From positions 37,038 to 101,037 of the forward strand of contig DASXQR010000221.1 of the NCBI GenBank assembly GCA_036507075.1: 64,000 nucleotides of DNA, written 5' to 3'. The notes under the pieces were generated by a model. It ran no database searches and had not been told where the DNA came from. It worked only from the letters and a program-made list of their open reading frames with translations. This DNA is from Acidobacteriota bacterium. Lineage in GTDB: Bacteria; Acidobacteriota; UBA6911; JACQSX01. The position numbers and the translations under genes are program-made. This document shows, piece after piece, positions 1 through 8,637 of this stretch; the stretch's first letter is position 1; each line of letters opens with the position of its first letter.

Positions 1-1727
1 TTCCAGAGGACGTAATCGTCCAATACCACAGGCCGCAGGTTTCCAACCTTCTCTCTGGCCGCCACCAGGATGTTCGGGCTTGCCAGACAGATCATCGGCT
101 GGTTGTCGGCCATCAGTTGCTGCACTCTGTCATAGATGCGTTTACGCTGCTGATAGTTGGGAGTGATCAGTTGCAACTTCATCAGCCGATCGATCTCGGC
201 CTCCCAGGCGGTCGCCGGATGGCTCTGCCCGACATTCCAAATGTGCGTCCGGCCGCTCGACAGCATCACGTTCATTTCGGAATTCGGATCCGCGTCACCG
301 CTGGCCAGGGAGAGAATGGCGGCCTCGTAGTCGTAGGTACGAAGTGCCCGGTCTATGACGGTGCGAAATTCGAGGCTTACCACATTTACCGTCATTCCGA
401 GCTGCTTTAAGTCGTCCTGAATTATTGTCGCCATCTGTCCGCGCTGCGTGTTTCCCGCGCTGGTCAGGATGGAAAATTCAACTTTTTGGCCGCCTGCGTC
501 GGCAAGAGCTCCGTCCTTCCAGGAAAAGCCGGCGCTCTCCAATAATTTCCGGGCGCGCTCGAGCGAACGCTGGGGCTGTGCGATGGCGCGGTTGACCCAG
601 AGCGTGTTGGCGGGCGTCACGTGAATGGCCAGAGGCGCAGCTCGCCCCTTGTAAACGAGCTGGGTGATTGCCTGGCGATCTATCGCTGCCGACACAGCCT
701 GGCGGAATTCCGTCTGGCGGAACCAGGATTGTTTCCGTGAAATGTCGGTCAGGCCCTTCGACCGTAGATCGTTCAGATTGAAGAACAAGAAATTATATTC
801 AAAGCCCGGTCCCAGATCGAAGAGCTTGTAATCGCCCGGCCGCTGCAAACGCTGCAGCACGGAAAAGTTCTGCGCCCCCACCCGGCTGACGATGTCGACT
901 TCGCCGCTCTGGAAACGCATCACCTGCGCATCCTCGCTTGGACTGGGAACAAATACCACCTCGTCCAGGTAAGGCAGACGATTTCCGTTCTGATCCGACT
1001 TCCAGTAGAAAGGGTTGCGCCGCAGCACCAGTTGCTGGCCCGGAACATAGGCATGCAGTTGAAAGGGACCGAGGCCGGCAATTTTGTCGGGTGGCGTGTT
1101 AAGGCTCCAGACCTGGCGCAACAGGCCCTGCTGGTAATCCTTTTCCAGTAGATGACGCGGAAGGATGGCAATGCTGTCGAAAATCCTTTCCGCAGCGGCA
1201 TAAGATCGCGCCAGCTCGAACATCACTGTGTGATCGTCAATCTTTCGGCACTGTATCGGTGTGTTCTCCACCACGAGCAGATCGCGCTGCGGGGCGCCCA
1301 CTTTTTCATCCAGATAGACTTTGAAGCTGAAGGTCACGTCATCGGCTGTGAATGGAAAACCATCAGAAAACTTGATTCCACGTCGCAGGTTTAATGTATA
1401 GCGGCGAAGATCGGGCGAAACGGCCCACGAAGTGGCCAAGGCGGGCTGGGTCTGAAGTGTGGAACGATCAATGTGAACCAGATCCCCCATCAGGCGGTAG
1501 ATTACCTCACGCGAAGGCAGATCAAGGGCGAGGACCGGATTCAAGGTTTTTGGCTCACCGCGCTGTGAGACGATCAGCCTGCCGCCCTGGTTGCCGGCCG
1601 GCGTTTTGCTAACCAGCAGCTCTTCACGCCCGGGGCGAGCCGGTTGAGACCCACCCGACGGGACAGTCGCAACCGCTGCAGCCAGCAGACACAGTGCGAG
1701 ATTTCTTGCGAGCCAAGCATGACTCAT
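1..1727 (-). CDS. ABC transporter substrate-binding protein, peptide/nickel family 5 (3' end runs off the window)
   Basis: Not in the ORF track. Both ends translated by hand: ATG at 1727 gives MSHAWLARNLALCLLAAAVA...GGRLIVSQRGEPKTLNPV, and the same frame reads KVGNLRPVVLDDYVLW at the window edge. Also seen: FSDGFPFTADDVTF and RNPFYW. Follows two permeases. Confidence 0.9.
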   Translation of the reverse strand, partial: MSHAWLARNLALCLLAAAVATVPSGGSQPARPGREELLVSKTPAGNQGGRLIVSQRGEPKTLNPVLALDLPSREVIYRLMGDLVHIDRSTLQTQPALATSWAVSPDLRRYTLNLRRGIKFSDGFPFTADDVTFSFKVYLDEKVGAPQRDLLVVENTPIQCRKIDDHTVMFELARSYAAAERIFDSIAILPRHLLEKDYQQGLLRQVWSLNTPPDKIAGLGPFQLHAYVPGQQLVLRRNPFYWKSDQNGNRLPYLDEVVFVPSPSEDAQVMRFQSGEVDIVSRVGAQNFSVLQRLQRPGDYKLFDLGPGFEYNFLFFNLNDLRSKGLTDISRKQSWFRQTEFRQAVSAAIDRQAITQLVYKGRAAPLAIHVTPANTLWVNRAIAQPQRSLERARKLLESAGFSWKDGALADAGGQKVEFSILTSAGNTQRGQMATIIQDDLKQLGMTVNVVSLEFRTVIDRALRTYDYEAAILSLASGDADPNSEMNVMLSSGRTHIWNVGQSHPATAWEAEIDRLMKLQLITPNYQQRKRIYDRVQQLMADNQPMICLASPNILVAAREKVGNLRPVVLDDYVLW

Positions 1728-1767
1728 CGCGCCCCCCTTTTTGGCTAGCGCGTTACGCTTGAGTGCG

Positions 1768-2784
1768 TCAAAGCCGCATTTTTATCGTATTTGCAAGAGT
1801 ATAGTACCCCCAGATAAGAGGAATCAAGGCAAGCCCGGGAATGAACATCCACCAGTACGATAGCAGTACATGGTACTGCTGAAGAGTCGAGAGCATGTTT
1901 CCCCAACTCGCAGTGGGTTCGCTTACTCCCAGTCCCAGGAAAGAGAGTGTCACTTCCGCCAGGATATATTGCGGGATAAGAACAGAGGCTTGCGTGAGCA
2001 TAACTCCGCGTGTCTGGGGCGCTACGTGACGCCCGACCAGGTAGGCGCCGGAAGCTCCAAGTCCGCGCGCCGCCACAACAAAATCTTTCTCCTTGGCGCT
2101 CAGCACCACGCCGCGAATCAGCCGAGCCGGCCGAGCCCAACCAAGAACTCCTATAACAACCACCACCAGCAGGAAAGCTTTCCCGGCTGAAACGTGAAGC
2201 GGCATCACCGCCCGCACGGCAAACAGCAGGTAAAGCCACGGAAGCGCCATGAAAACCTCGGCGCACCGCATTACTACTTCATCCAACCATCCCGCCTGCA
2301 GTCCGGCCATCATCCCCAGCAGGAAGCCCAGGCCCAGCGAAAGAGCGGTGGCAGCCAAACCGGCCGCGATGGAAATTTGACCGCCGAAAAGCAGCCTTGA
2401 AAACTGATCGCGGCCAAAATCGTCGCTGCCGAACAAAAAAATTCGGCCGGGTTCGTCCACTCCGAACAGGTGCCATCGCGTTGGAAATAACCCACCGGCT
2501 TTGTAGCCGTGGCCCCTGACCATCCATTTGATCGGGTAGACTTGCGAACGCTCCTCCTCATAAGCTTCCGGATTGTGCGGTTGCGCCCGAACACCATAGA
2601 CGAAAGGCCGCAGATGAAATCTCTGGTAGCGATCAAAAAAATGAATTCTGGTGGGAGGCGCAAACGCGAGCGTCCGGTTTTGCATGGTCGGATCGTAAGG
2701 TGAAAAGAATCCCGCAAAAAGAATCAAACCGTGCCACAGGGCCAGACTCGCCCCTGCAAAGCGAAAGAGCCGTTTTGGATTCAT
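1768..2784 (-). CDS. Peptide ABC transporter permease (OppC/DppC-like)
   Basis: FLFGSDDFGRDQFSRLLFGGQIS and EKDFVVAARGLGAS (EAA loop). Start moved to ATG 2784, which overlaps the upstream stop (ATGA). Confidence 0.92.
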   Translation of the reverse strand: MNPKRLFRFAGASLALWHGLILFAGFFSPYDPTMQNRTLAFAPPTRIHFFDRYQRFHLRPFVYGVRAQPHNPEAYEEERSQVYPIKWMVRGHGYKAGGLFPTRWHLFGVDEPGRIFLFGSDDFGRDQFSRLLFGGQISIAAGLAATALSLGLGFLLGMMAGLQAGWLDEVVMRCAEVFMALPWLYLLFAVRAVMPLHVSAGKAFLLVVVVIGVLGWARPARLIRGVVLSAKEKDFVVAARGLGASGAYLVGRHVAPQTRGVMLTQASVLIPQYILAEVTLSFLGLGVSEPTASWGNMLSTLQQYHVLLSYWWMFIPGLALIPLIWGYYTLANTIKMRL

Positions 2785-3749
2785 TGCTTTGCCCGAATCC
2801 GCGGGTCGCTGGCATACAGCAGCAGGTCCGCAATCAGATTTCCACCGGCGAGAAAGGCAGTCGACAGGAGGACGCAACCGACCACCAGATGAAAATCTCT
2901 GGCAAGGATGGCTTCCAACAGCAGGCGACCCAGTCCCGGCCAGCTCATTACGATCTCCACCAGCAGTGAAGAACTCAGCAGCTCGGAAATGGATAAGCCG
3001 AACAGCGAAATCACCGGATTCGCCGAGGCCCGGAGCGCGTGCCCCACCAGGAGACGAGAATCGGGCAAACCGCGCGCCCGAGCGGCTAATATGAACGGGG
3101 AATCGAGCACGTCGGAAACAGCCCTGCGAACGTGCGGCAGCAGCATTGGCAATGTCACAAGAACCAGGCACAGAACCGGAAGGACCAGATGGGCCATGAG
3201 ATCTCCGGTTGTGGTCCCCCAGCCGCGAGAGGACAACGCCGTAGAAGAAATACCGCCCACCGGCAACAAACCGCTGCGCAGCGCAAACAAAAGCAGAATC
3301 AGCGCTAGCATCAGGTGGGGAATGGCGAGAAGAATCACGTTCGCGCCGCCGAACAGAATATCCTGCCACTTGCCTCGACGGGCAGCGATCCAGGCGCCCG
3401 TGGGAATAGCGATCAGCCAGGACAACACCATGGCCGTGACGGTCAAAAGCAGTGTATTGGCGGCTCGATGCCAAAGCAGAGGAGCCGCCGCCATGTTATA
3501 CGCCACGGAGAATCCCAGATCGCCGTGGGCGACCGATCGAGCCCATTGAGCGTATTTGACTCCTATCGGCTGGTCGAGTGCGTATTTTGCCTTGAGATTA
3601 GCGATGGTTTGCTCGGATACCTGAGGATTCAGCCGCAGTTCATCCAGGAAGTTTCCGGGAGCGATCTCAAAGAGTAGGAAGGTCAGAACAGAAACTGCCG
3701 CAAGCAGGAATAAGCTGTTTATGATCCGCCGCAGACAGTAGCGGATCAT
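2781..3749 (-). CDS. Peptide ABC transporter permease (OppB/DppB-like)
   Basis: YALDQPIGVKY, GDLGFS, FILAARARGL, EIVMSWPGLGRL, DPRIR C-terminus. Confidence 0.92.
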   Translation of the reverse strand: MIRYCLRRIINSLFLLAAVSVLTFLLFEIAPGNFLDELRLNPQVSEQTIANLKAKYALDQPIGVKYAQWARSVAHGDLGFSVAYNMAAAPLLWHRAANTLLLTVTAMVLSWLIAIPTGAWIAARRGKWQDILFGGANVILLAIPHLMLALILLLFALRSGLLPVGGISSTALSSRGWGTTTGDLMAHLVLPVLCLVLVTLPMLLPHVRRAVSDVLDSPFILAARARGLPDSRLLVGHALRASANPVISLFGLSISELLSSSLLVEIVMSWPGLGRLLLEAILARDFHLVVGCVLLSTAFLAGGNLIADLLLYASDPRIRAKQ

Positions 3750-3756
3750 TTTGTGC

Positions 3757-5067
3757 TCACTGCTGGGGCGTGGTCACTTGCCCGAGAGACTGGACAGCCT
3801 GGAAAAGATCGAGTCGGCCCTGTCCTAAGTCTTGAGAAATCCACTTGGCATGGGCAATTGCGCCTGCCGCCTGTGAAGGACTGCAGTCGGGTTGAAGGTC
3901 TAAGAGCAGCGCTACAGCTCCGGCGACGAACGGGGCGCTGAACGACGTCCCCCAGGCAGCGGCATACTTGCCGTACGGATAAGTCGTCACTATGCCTTCG
4001 CCTGGCGCCGCCACCCATACAAACCCGTAATTGGAGAATAATGACCGTTGATCAAGGTTGTCTGTGGAGGCAACACATATCACATTATTGAGCGCTCCAG
4101 GGTAGACAGGCGTGCTGCTTCCATTGTTTCCTGCCGATGCGACCGGGATGACTCCTCTGGCGGCCGCATAATCAATCGCTTCCTGCAGCTCGCTGGAGTA
4201 GGTCGAAAAACCGAAGCTCATGTTCAGAATCTTCGCGTTCTTTTGCACGCTCCTGTAGATGGCTCGAAGCACATCGGACATGTAACCCATTCCGCTGGCC
4301 TGGAAGGCCTTCATCGGCATAATCATGGCTCTGGGCGCAACCAGATGGATGACCCCTGCCACCATGGTCCCATGGCCGAATGCGGCATACTGCAGGCTAT
4401 TTAACTCGCCAGCGGCGATCTCGTCGACCAAGGCTGCCGTTGATTGATTGACCCAGGCTGGGTCGAATTCAGACTGATCGTCTACAAGGGCCGCCGTAGA
4501 CTGGTCCAGATCTCCCCTTTCTGAACCCGTCTCATCCAGATCGCGCGTGAAGTCGTACCCCTTAACTAGAAAATTCATCAACACCGGATGATTGGGGTCT
4601 ACTCCCGTGTCGATCACCGCGACAATGCCGGACCCTCTTACGTTGAAGGCATTCTGAGTGTCTGAAATCCTTACGATCGCGTTGGCCGGCTGCTCGACAT
4701 AGCCGCGGCGCACTCTCTGGCCGAAAAAGTCGACGGGCCAGGCGTCGGTCAGGGCTGGAGGAATGGCGTAGGCAGGGGTTGCCAGTGCTATTGCCAGAAT
4801 ATCCAGCTCGGCGTTGGAAACGCCGGGCTGGGCCCGCAAAGTCGCGAGGAACGCATCCGGATCGACCAGGTCTGAAGTAGATACAAGGAAAACCTGGCCA
4901 AGGGACTCATCCAGTCCACGCTGTACGTTGCATCCGATCACAGCGCAGATTGTTTGCAGCGGCCCGTTTCCACCCGGCACGCGCGCAATAAATCGTTTCT
5001 CGGCGGAAACGAGACTCGACGAGAGGAGCCAAAAAAGAAAGACACTGCAGCTAAGCCTGCGATTCAC
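3757..5067 (-). CDS. Secreted S8 subtilisin-family serine protease
   Basis: Catalytic motifs VIDTGV, GHGTMVAG, GTSFSAP and oxyanion SAGN. Probable GTG start at 5067 after AAGGAG, followed by a signal peptide. Confidence 0.92.
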   Translation of the reverse strand: MNRRLSCSVFLFWLLSSSLVSAEKRFIARVPGGNGPLQTICAVIGCNVQRGLDESLGQVFLVSTSDLVDPDAFLATLRAQPGVSNAELDILAIALATPAYAIPPALTDAWPVDFFGQRVRRGYVEQPANAIVRISDTQNAFNVRGSGIVAVIDTGVDPNHPVLMNFLVKGYDFTRDLDETGSERGDLDQSTAALVDDQSEFDPAWVNQSTAALVDEIAAGELNSLQYAAFGHGTMVAGVIHLVAPRAMIMPMKAFQASGMGYMSDVLRAIYRSVQKNAKILNMSFGFSTYSSELQEAIDYAAARGVIPVASAGNNGSSTPVYPGALNNVICVASTDNLDQRSLFSNYGFVWVAAPGEGIVTTYPYGKYAAAWGTSFSAPFVAGAVALLLDLQPDCSPSQAAGAIAHAKWISQDLGQGRLDLFQAVQSLGQVTTPQQ

Positions 5068-5371
5068 TGCCTGTAATCTCCTTGCTTGTACGCGGGAAAA
5101 CGAGTCAGGCCGGAACTTTTGCTCAGCCGCCCCCCACGGACTTGACCTTGCCAATTATCTAAGTATCGAAACTTCCTTCTGTCAATAGCGGACTCAACCG
5201 GAATTTCAACGTGGTGAAAACCGTAGCCTTTTACTTTCTAAACGCGGGGGTAAAAACTATGTATTGCAATCAACCAAAACAGCAAAAACTTTCCCCCCAA
5301 ACTAAAAATAGCGTGAATCGAAGCCGTGTCAAGCCATCACTCCCAAAAAATCAACAATCTTGAATTCTAAG

Positions 5372-5408
5372 TTCGTGTAATTCGTGGAATTCGTGTAGTT
5401 CGTGCTCA
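5372..5408. repeat. Nonamer array (TTCGTGnnn) x4, single arm ending TTCGTGCTCA
   Basis: ttcgtgtaa ttcgtggaa ttcgtgtag ttcgtgctca; same family as 28459-28565 and 39558-39640. Confidence 0.85.
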
Positions 5409-7214
5409 GGACTTAAGGGCGGTGAACAGTTTGGTGAGGCTGTCTTTGGCGTCGCCGAAAAGCATCATGCATTTCGGATTGTAGTAAAGATCATTATCCA
5501 CGCCGGCGAAACCGGGGCGCATGCTGCGCTTGAGGACAATGATCGACTTGGCGCGCTCCACTTCCAATATCGGCATTCCATAAAGGGGACTGCTCTTGTT
5601 GTTCTTGGCCGCCGGGTTGGTCACGTCGTTTGCCCCAACCACCAGCGCGATGTCCGCTTCGGCAAAATAGGGGTTGATGTGATCCATTTCGAACAACTGG
5701 TCGTAAGGAACGTTTGCCTCGGCAAGAAGGACATTCATGTGGCCCGGCATCCGGCCCGCAACCGGGTGGATGGCGTATTTTACGTCGATGCCGCGCTTCA
5801 TCAGGATGTTCGCCAGCTCGCTGACACCATGTTGTGCCTGTGCAACGGCCATGCCGTAGCCCGGAACAATGATGACAGATCGGGCGCTGTCGAAAAGCAC
5901 GCTCGCTTCATCAGGCACGATGCTTCGAACCGTTCCCTTTGCGTCCGACGCAGGTCCTTCGGTCTCTTGTTCGATCTTGCCGAATGCGCCGAACAGAACG
6001 TTCATCGCCGAACGGTTCATGGCCCGGCACATGAGCAAAGAAAGAAGGAATCCCGACGTGCCGTCCAGCGATCCGGTAATGATCTGGATTTTGTTCATCA
6101 GCACAAACCCCATTGCAGCGTCGGCCAGTCCCGCGTATGAATTCAGCAGAGATATCACTACCGGCATGTCGGCCGCCCCAATGGGAATCACCAGCAGGAA
6201 TCCAAACAGCAGGGACAACCCGACCATGATGTAGAACACCATGCCGGCCGACGGCACAATGATCAGGTAAATGAGGCTGCCCACAATAATTGCAAGCAAA
6301 ACGATATTGGAAGCATTCTGCCCGCGGTACGTGATGGGAGCTCCAGGCAGAATTCCCTGGAGTTTTCCGGCTGCCATCAGGCTCCCGGTGAACGTCAGGC
6401 CACCGATAACGACCTCAAAACCTATGGCTGTCATCAGCACCCTGCCAAGTTCACCGCCATGTCGGAAATATTCGGAAACTCCAATCAAAGTGGCGGCCAG
6501 TGCCCCCAGCGAATGCGAAAGCGCGGTCCGCTGCGGCACGGCTGTCATCGGGATCCACATTCCCATGCTGCCGCCAAGGACCGAACCGATCGCCAAGCCT
6601 GAAAAGATCCACCGATACGTGACAATTTCGTGATGAAACAGTGTCCCTGTGACAGCTACGAGCATGCCGAATTCGGCCAGGAACATGCCTTTGCGCGCAT
6701 ACTTAGGTGAACTCAGGCCTTTCAGACCCAGGATGAAAAGAACGGCCGACACAATATAGAAAACGCTCAGCACGCTGGCCGGGTCAAAGCTGGTTGCATA
6801 GAGTCTCAGCTCTGCGAACCAATAAACAGCGGCGACAATCAATACGGCAGAAATCGACAGCAGCAATGTGCGAGGACTTAAACTAAGTGCTTTACGCTGC
6901 GTCCCCTGAGCAGCCGATACGGGTCCGTCGCTGGGGCGTTTCTTGAACATTTTCAACATGCGGTCGGTAATGAGAAATCCTCCGACCACATTGGTTGACG
7001 AGCAGGCCACCGCGATGAATCCGAATGTTGTGCTCAAGGTGCCATGAGCCGAACCGGCAACCACCAGGGAACCGACCAGTGAAATACCGGACATGGCGTT
7101 GGTGGCCGACATCAACGGGGTGTGCAGCAGCGGCGGGACTCGTGAAATAACGTGATATCCGAGAAAGCCCGCAAGTATGAAGATATAGAGCCCAATTTCC
7201 AACTCGGTGGTCAA
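5406..7214 (-). CDS. pntB: NAD(P) transhydrogenase, fused alpha2 (dIIa) + beta (dIIb-dIII) subunit
   Basis: N-terminal VPPLLHTPLMSATNAMSG...NVVGGFLITDRMLKMF (alpha2), then GLKGLSSP, IGAADMPVVISLLNSY, AMNRS, VPGYGMAVAQAQ, HPVAGRMPGHMNVLLAEA (beta). TTG start overlaps the pntA stop. Confidence 0.93.
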   Translation of the reverse strand: MTTELEIGLYIFILAGFLGYHVISRVPPLLHTPLMSATNAMSGISLVGSLVVAGSAHGTLSTTFGFIAVACSSTNVVGGFLITDRMLKMFKKRPSDGPVSAAQGTQRKALSLSPRTLLLSISAVLIVAAVYWFAELRLYATSFDPASVLSVFYIVSAVLFILGLKGLSSPKYARKGMFLAEFGMLVAVTGTLFHHEIVTYRWIFSGLAIGSVLGGSMGMWIPMTAVPQRTALSHSLGALAATLIGVSEYFRHGGELGRVLMTAIGFEVVIGGLTFTGSLMAAGKLQGILPGAPITYRGQNASNIVLLAIIVGSLIYLIIVPSAGMVFYIMVGLSLLFGFLLVIPIGAADMPVVISLLNSYAGLADAAMGFVLMNKIQIITGSLDGTSGFLLSLLMCRAMNRSAMNVLFGAFGKIEQETEGPASDAKGTVRSIVPDEASVLFDSARSVIIVPGYGMAVAQAQHGVSELANILMKRGIDVKYAIHPVAGRMPGHMNVLLAEANVPYDQLFEMDHINPYFAEADIALVVGANDVTNPAAKNNKSSPLYGMPILEVERAKSIIVLKRSMRPGFAGVDNDLYYNPKCMMLFGDAKDSLTKLFTALKS

Positions 7215-8347
7215 GCAGTCCCTCCCGCCGAGAGCGCCGACTTGATTGCTTCGTTGAGGATCTCTCCGCGATGGGTAACAAGCGGGCCCCGAGTCAGCTC
7301 ATCTTCGAGGTCCAAGTGAACTGAGCCGTCCTGCAGAAGGTGCCCCAGGAAATTGGTGACGGTTTTTGCATACATCTGGCTGGCATGAAACGCCATCGTA
7401 CTGGGAAGATTGGTAGTTCCTACAATGACGACGCCGTGCTTCACCACCTCGCTTCCCGGTTCGGTAAGCGCGCAGTTTCCCCCCTGTTCGGACGCCAGAT
7501 CGACAATCACCGAACCCGGCCGCATGTTTTGCACCATCTCTTCGGTGATTAGAACGGGAGCCCGCTTGCCCGGGACGAGCGCCGTCGTTATTACGACGTC
7601 CGCAGCCGAGATGCACTTAAGCATCAGTTGCTGCTGCTTTCGGTAGAATTCTTCAGACTGGGCCTTGGCATACCCGGTTTTCTCCTGCGAATCTGTGGTT
7701 TCAAGGCTGATGGCCGCAAATTTTGCGCCCAGGCTTTCCACCTGTTCTTTGACCACAGGACGCGTGTCATATGCCTCAACGACGGCGCCCAATCTTTTGG
7801 CCGTGCCGATTGCCTGAAGTCCAGCCACCCCGGCGCCGATTACAAACACCCGCGCGGGCGTCATCGTGCCGGCTGCTGTCATCAGGAGAGGGAAGAATTT
7901 CGGCAGGCGGCCGGCGGCGATCAGGACGGCCTTATAGCCGGAAACCGTGCTCATGGCGCTCAGAGCGTCCATTGGCTGCGCGCGCGTGATGCGCGGCATC
8001 AGTTCCATTGAAAAGGCCGTGACGTGTCGCGCCGCCAAGGCTTTGATTTCGGCTGTGCTGGTGTAAGGTTGAAGAAAACTCACCAGCAGCACGCCTTCAC
8101 GTATCTTTCCGATTTCACCCTCTGTCGGCGGAAGGACTTTTATCAGGATGTCGGCCTTGTCGAAAACCTCAGGCTCCAGACGCGCGCCCTTTTCGGCGTA
8201 GCTTGAGTCCAAGAATCCGGCCGCCTCACCCGCACCGTGCTGCACAAGTACTTCCAGACCCGTCTTTGTAAGTGTGGGAACAAGGTCCGGAACCAGCGCC
8301 ACGCGCCTTTCGCCGGAGACTGTCTCTTTAGGAACGCCGATGATCAT
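7211..8347 (-). CDS. pntA: NAD(P) transhydrogenase alpha1 subunit (soluble domain I)
   Basis: MIIGVPKE...GERRVAL, PRITRAQ, GAGVAGLQAI, GYAK; no membrane part; ATG 8347. Confidence 0.95.
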   Translation of the reverse strand: MIIGVPKETVSGERRVALVPDLVPTLTKTGLEVLVQHGAGEAAGFLDSSYAEKGARLEPEVFDKADILIKVLPPTEGEIGKIREGVLLVSFLQPYTSTAEIKALAARHVTAFSMELMPRITRAQPMDALSAMSTVSGYKAVLIAAGRLPKFFPLLMTAAGTMTPARVFVIGAGVAGLQAIGTAKRLGAVVEAYDTRPVVKEQVESLGAKFAAISLETTDSQEKTGYAKAQSEEFYRKQQQLMLKCISAADVVITTALVPGKRAPVLITEEMVQNMRPGSVIVDLASEQGGNCALTEPGSEVVKHGVVIVGTTNLPSTMAFHASQMYAKTVTNFLGHLLQDGSVHLDLEDELTRGPLVTHRGEILNEAIKSALSAGGTA

Positions 8348-8475
8348 TCCGTGTCCTCTGCGCAACCTGTGGGCGATTTCTTATTTTCTAGCAAGATTCT
8401 TTAACTAATGACCAATGACTAATGACCGATGACGCGTTTGGTTGCGGCTCTGCCGGGCTGTGCCTCTGTGGTGAA
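8348..8475. mobile_element. Nonamer-repeat arm interrupted by wrapper element copy 1 (8362-8461) carrying AATGACY heptamers
   Basis: 8362-8461 aligns with 12961-13061; ends GGTTGCGGCTCTGCCGGGCTGT immediately before GCCTCTGTGGTG. Confidence 0.7.
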
Positions 8476-8544
8476 AAGTTCTTACCCGCGCCCAGAGATT
8501 CTACGCCACGTTTTTATAACAGCAAATGTCTGATCGAGTCCAAC

Positions 8545-8618
8545 CTTGTGTCCTTCGTGCCTTTGTGGTTAATTGTTAAACACAAAATCTTCACCACAAA
8601 GGCACAAAGGCCACAAAG
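8545..8618. repeat. Nonamer-type inverted repeat (CTTTGTG.. / ..CACAAAG)
   Basis: cttgtgtccttcgtgcctttgtggt ... accacaaaggcacaaaggccacaaag; close relative of 51695-51758. Confidence 0.85.
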
Positions 8619-8637
8619 CCCTCGCTTCCGGTCCGTC

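Noticed and set aside
2785..3474. N-terminal 229 aa of ORF 1768..3474
   Set aside because: Out-of-frame overlap with the upstream permease; the real start is the ATGA-coupled ATG at 2784.
5160..5370. AT-rich stretch as a possible ncRNA or riboswitch
   Set aside because: No recognisable conserved structure; more simply the promoter region of the subtilase operon.
8422..8637. Long N-terminal extensions on ORF-track calls (also on the phosphatase, TPR, both sulfatase and last TonB ORFs)
   Set aside because: They translate intergenic repeats (TTKAQR, SCNSCN, VDVLVNVD, TERLRDR) or the opposite gene; better starts lie downstream.
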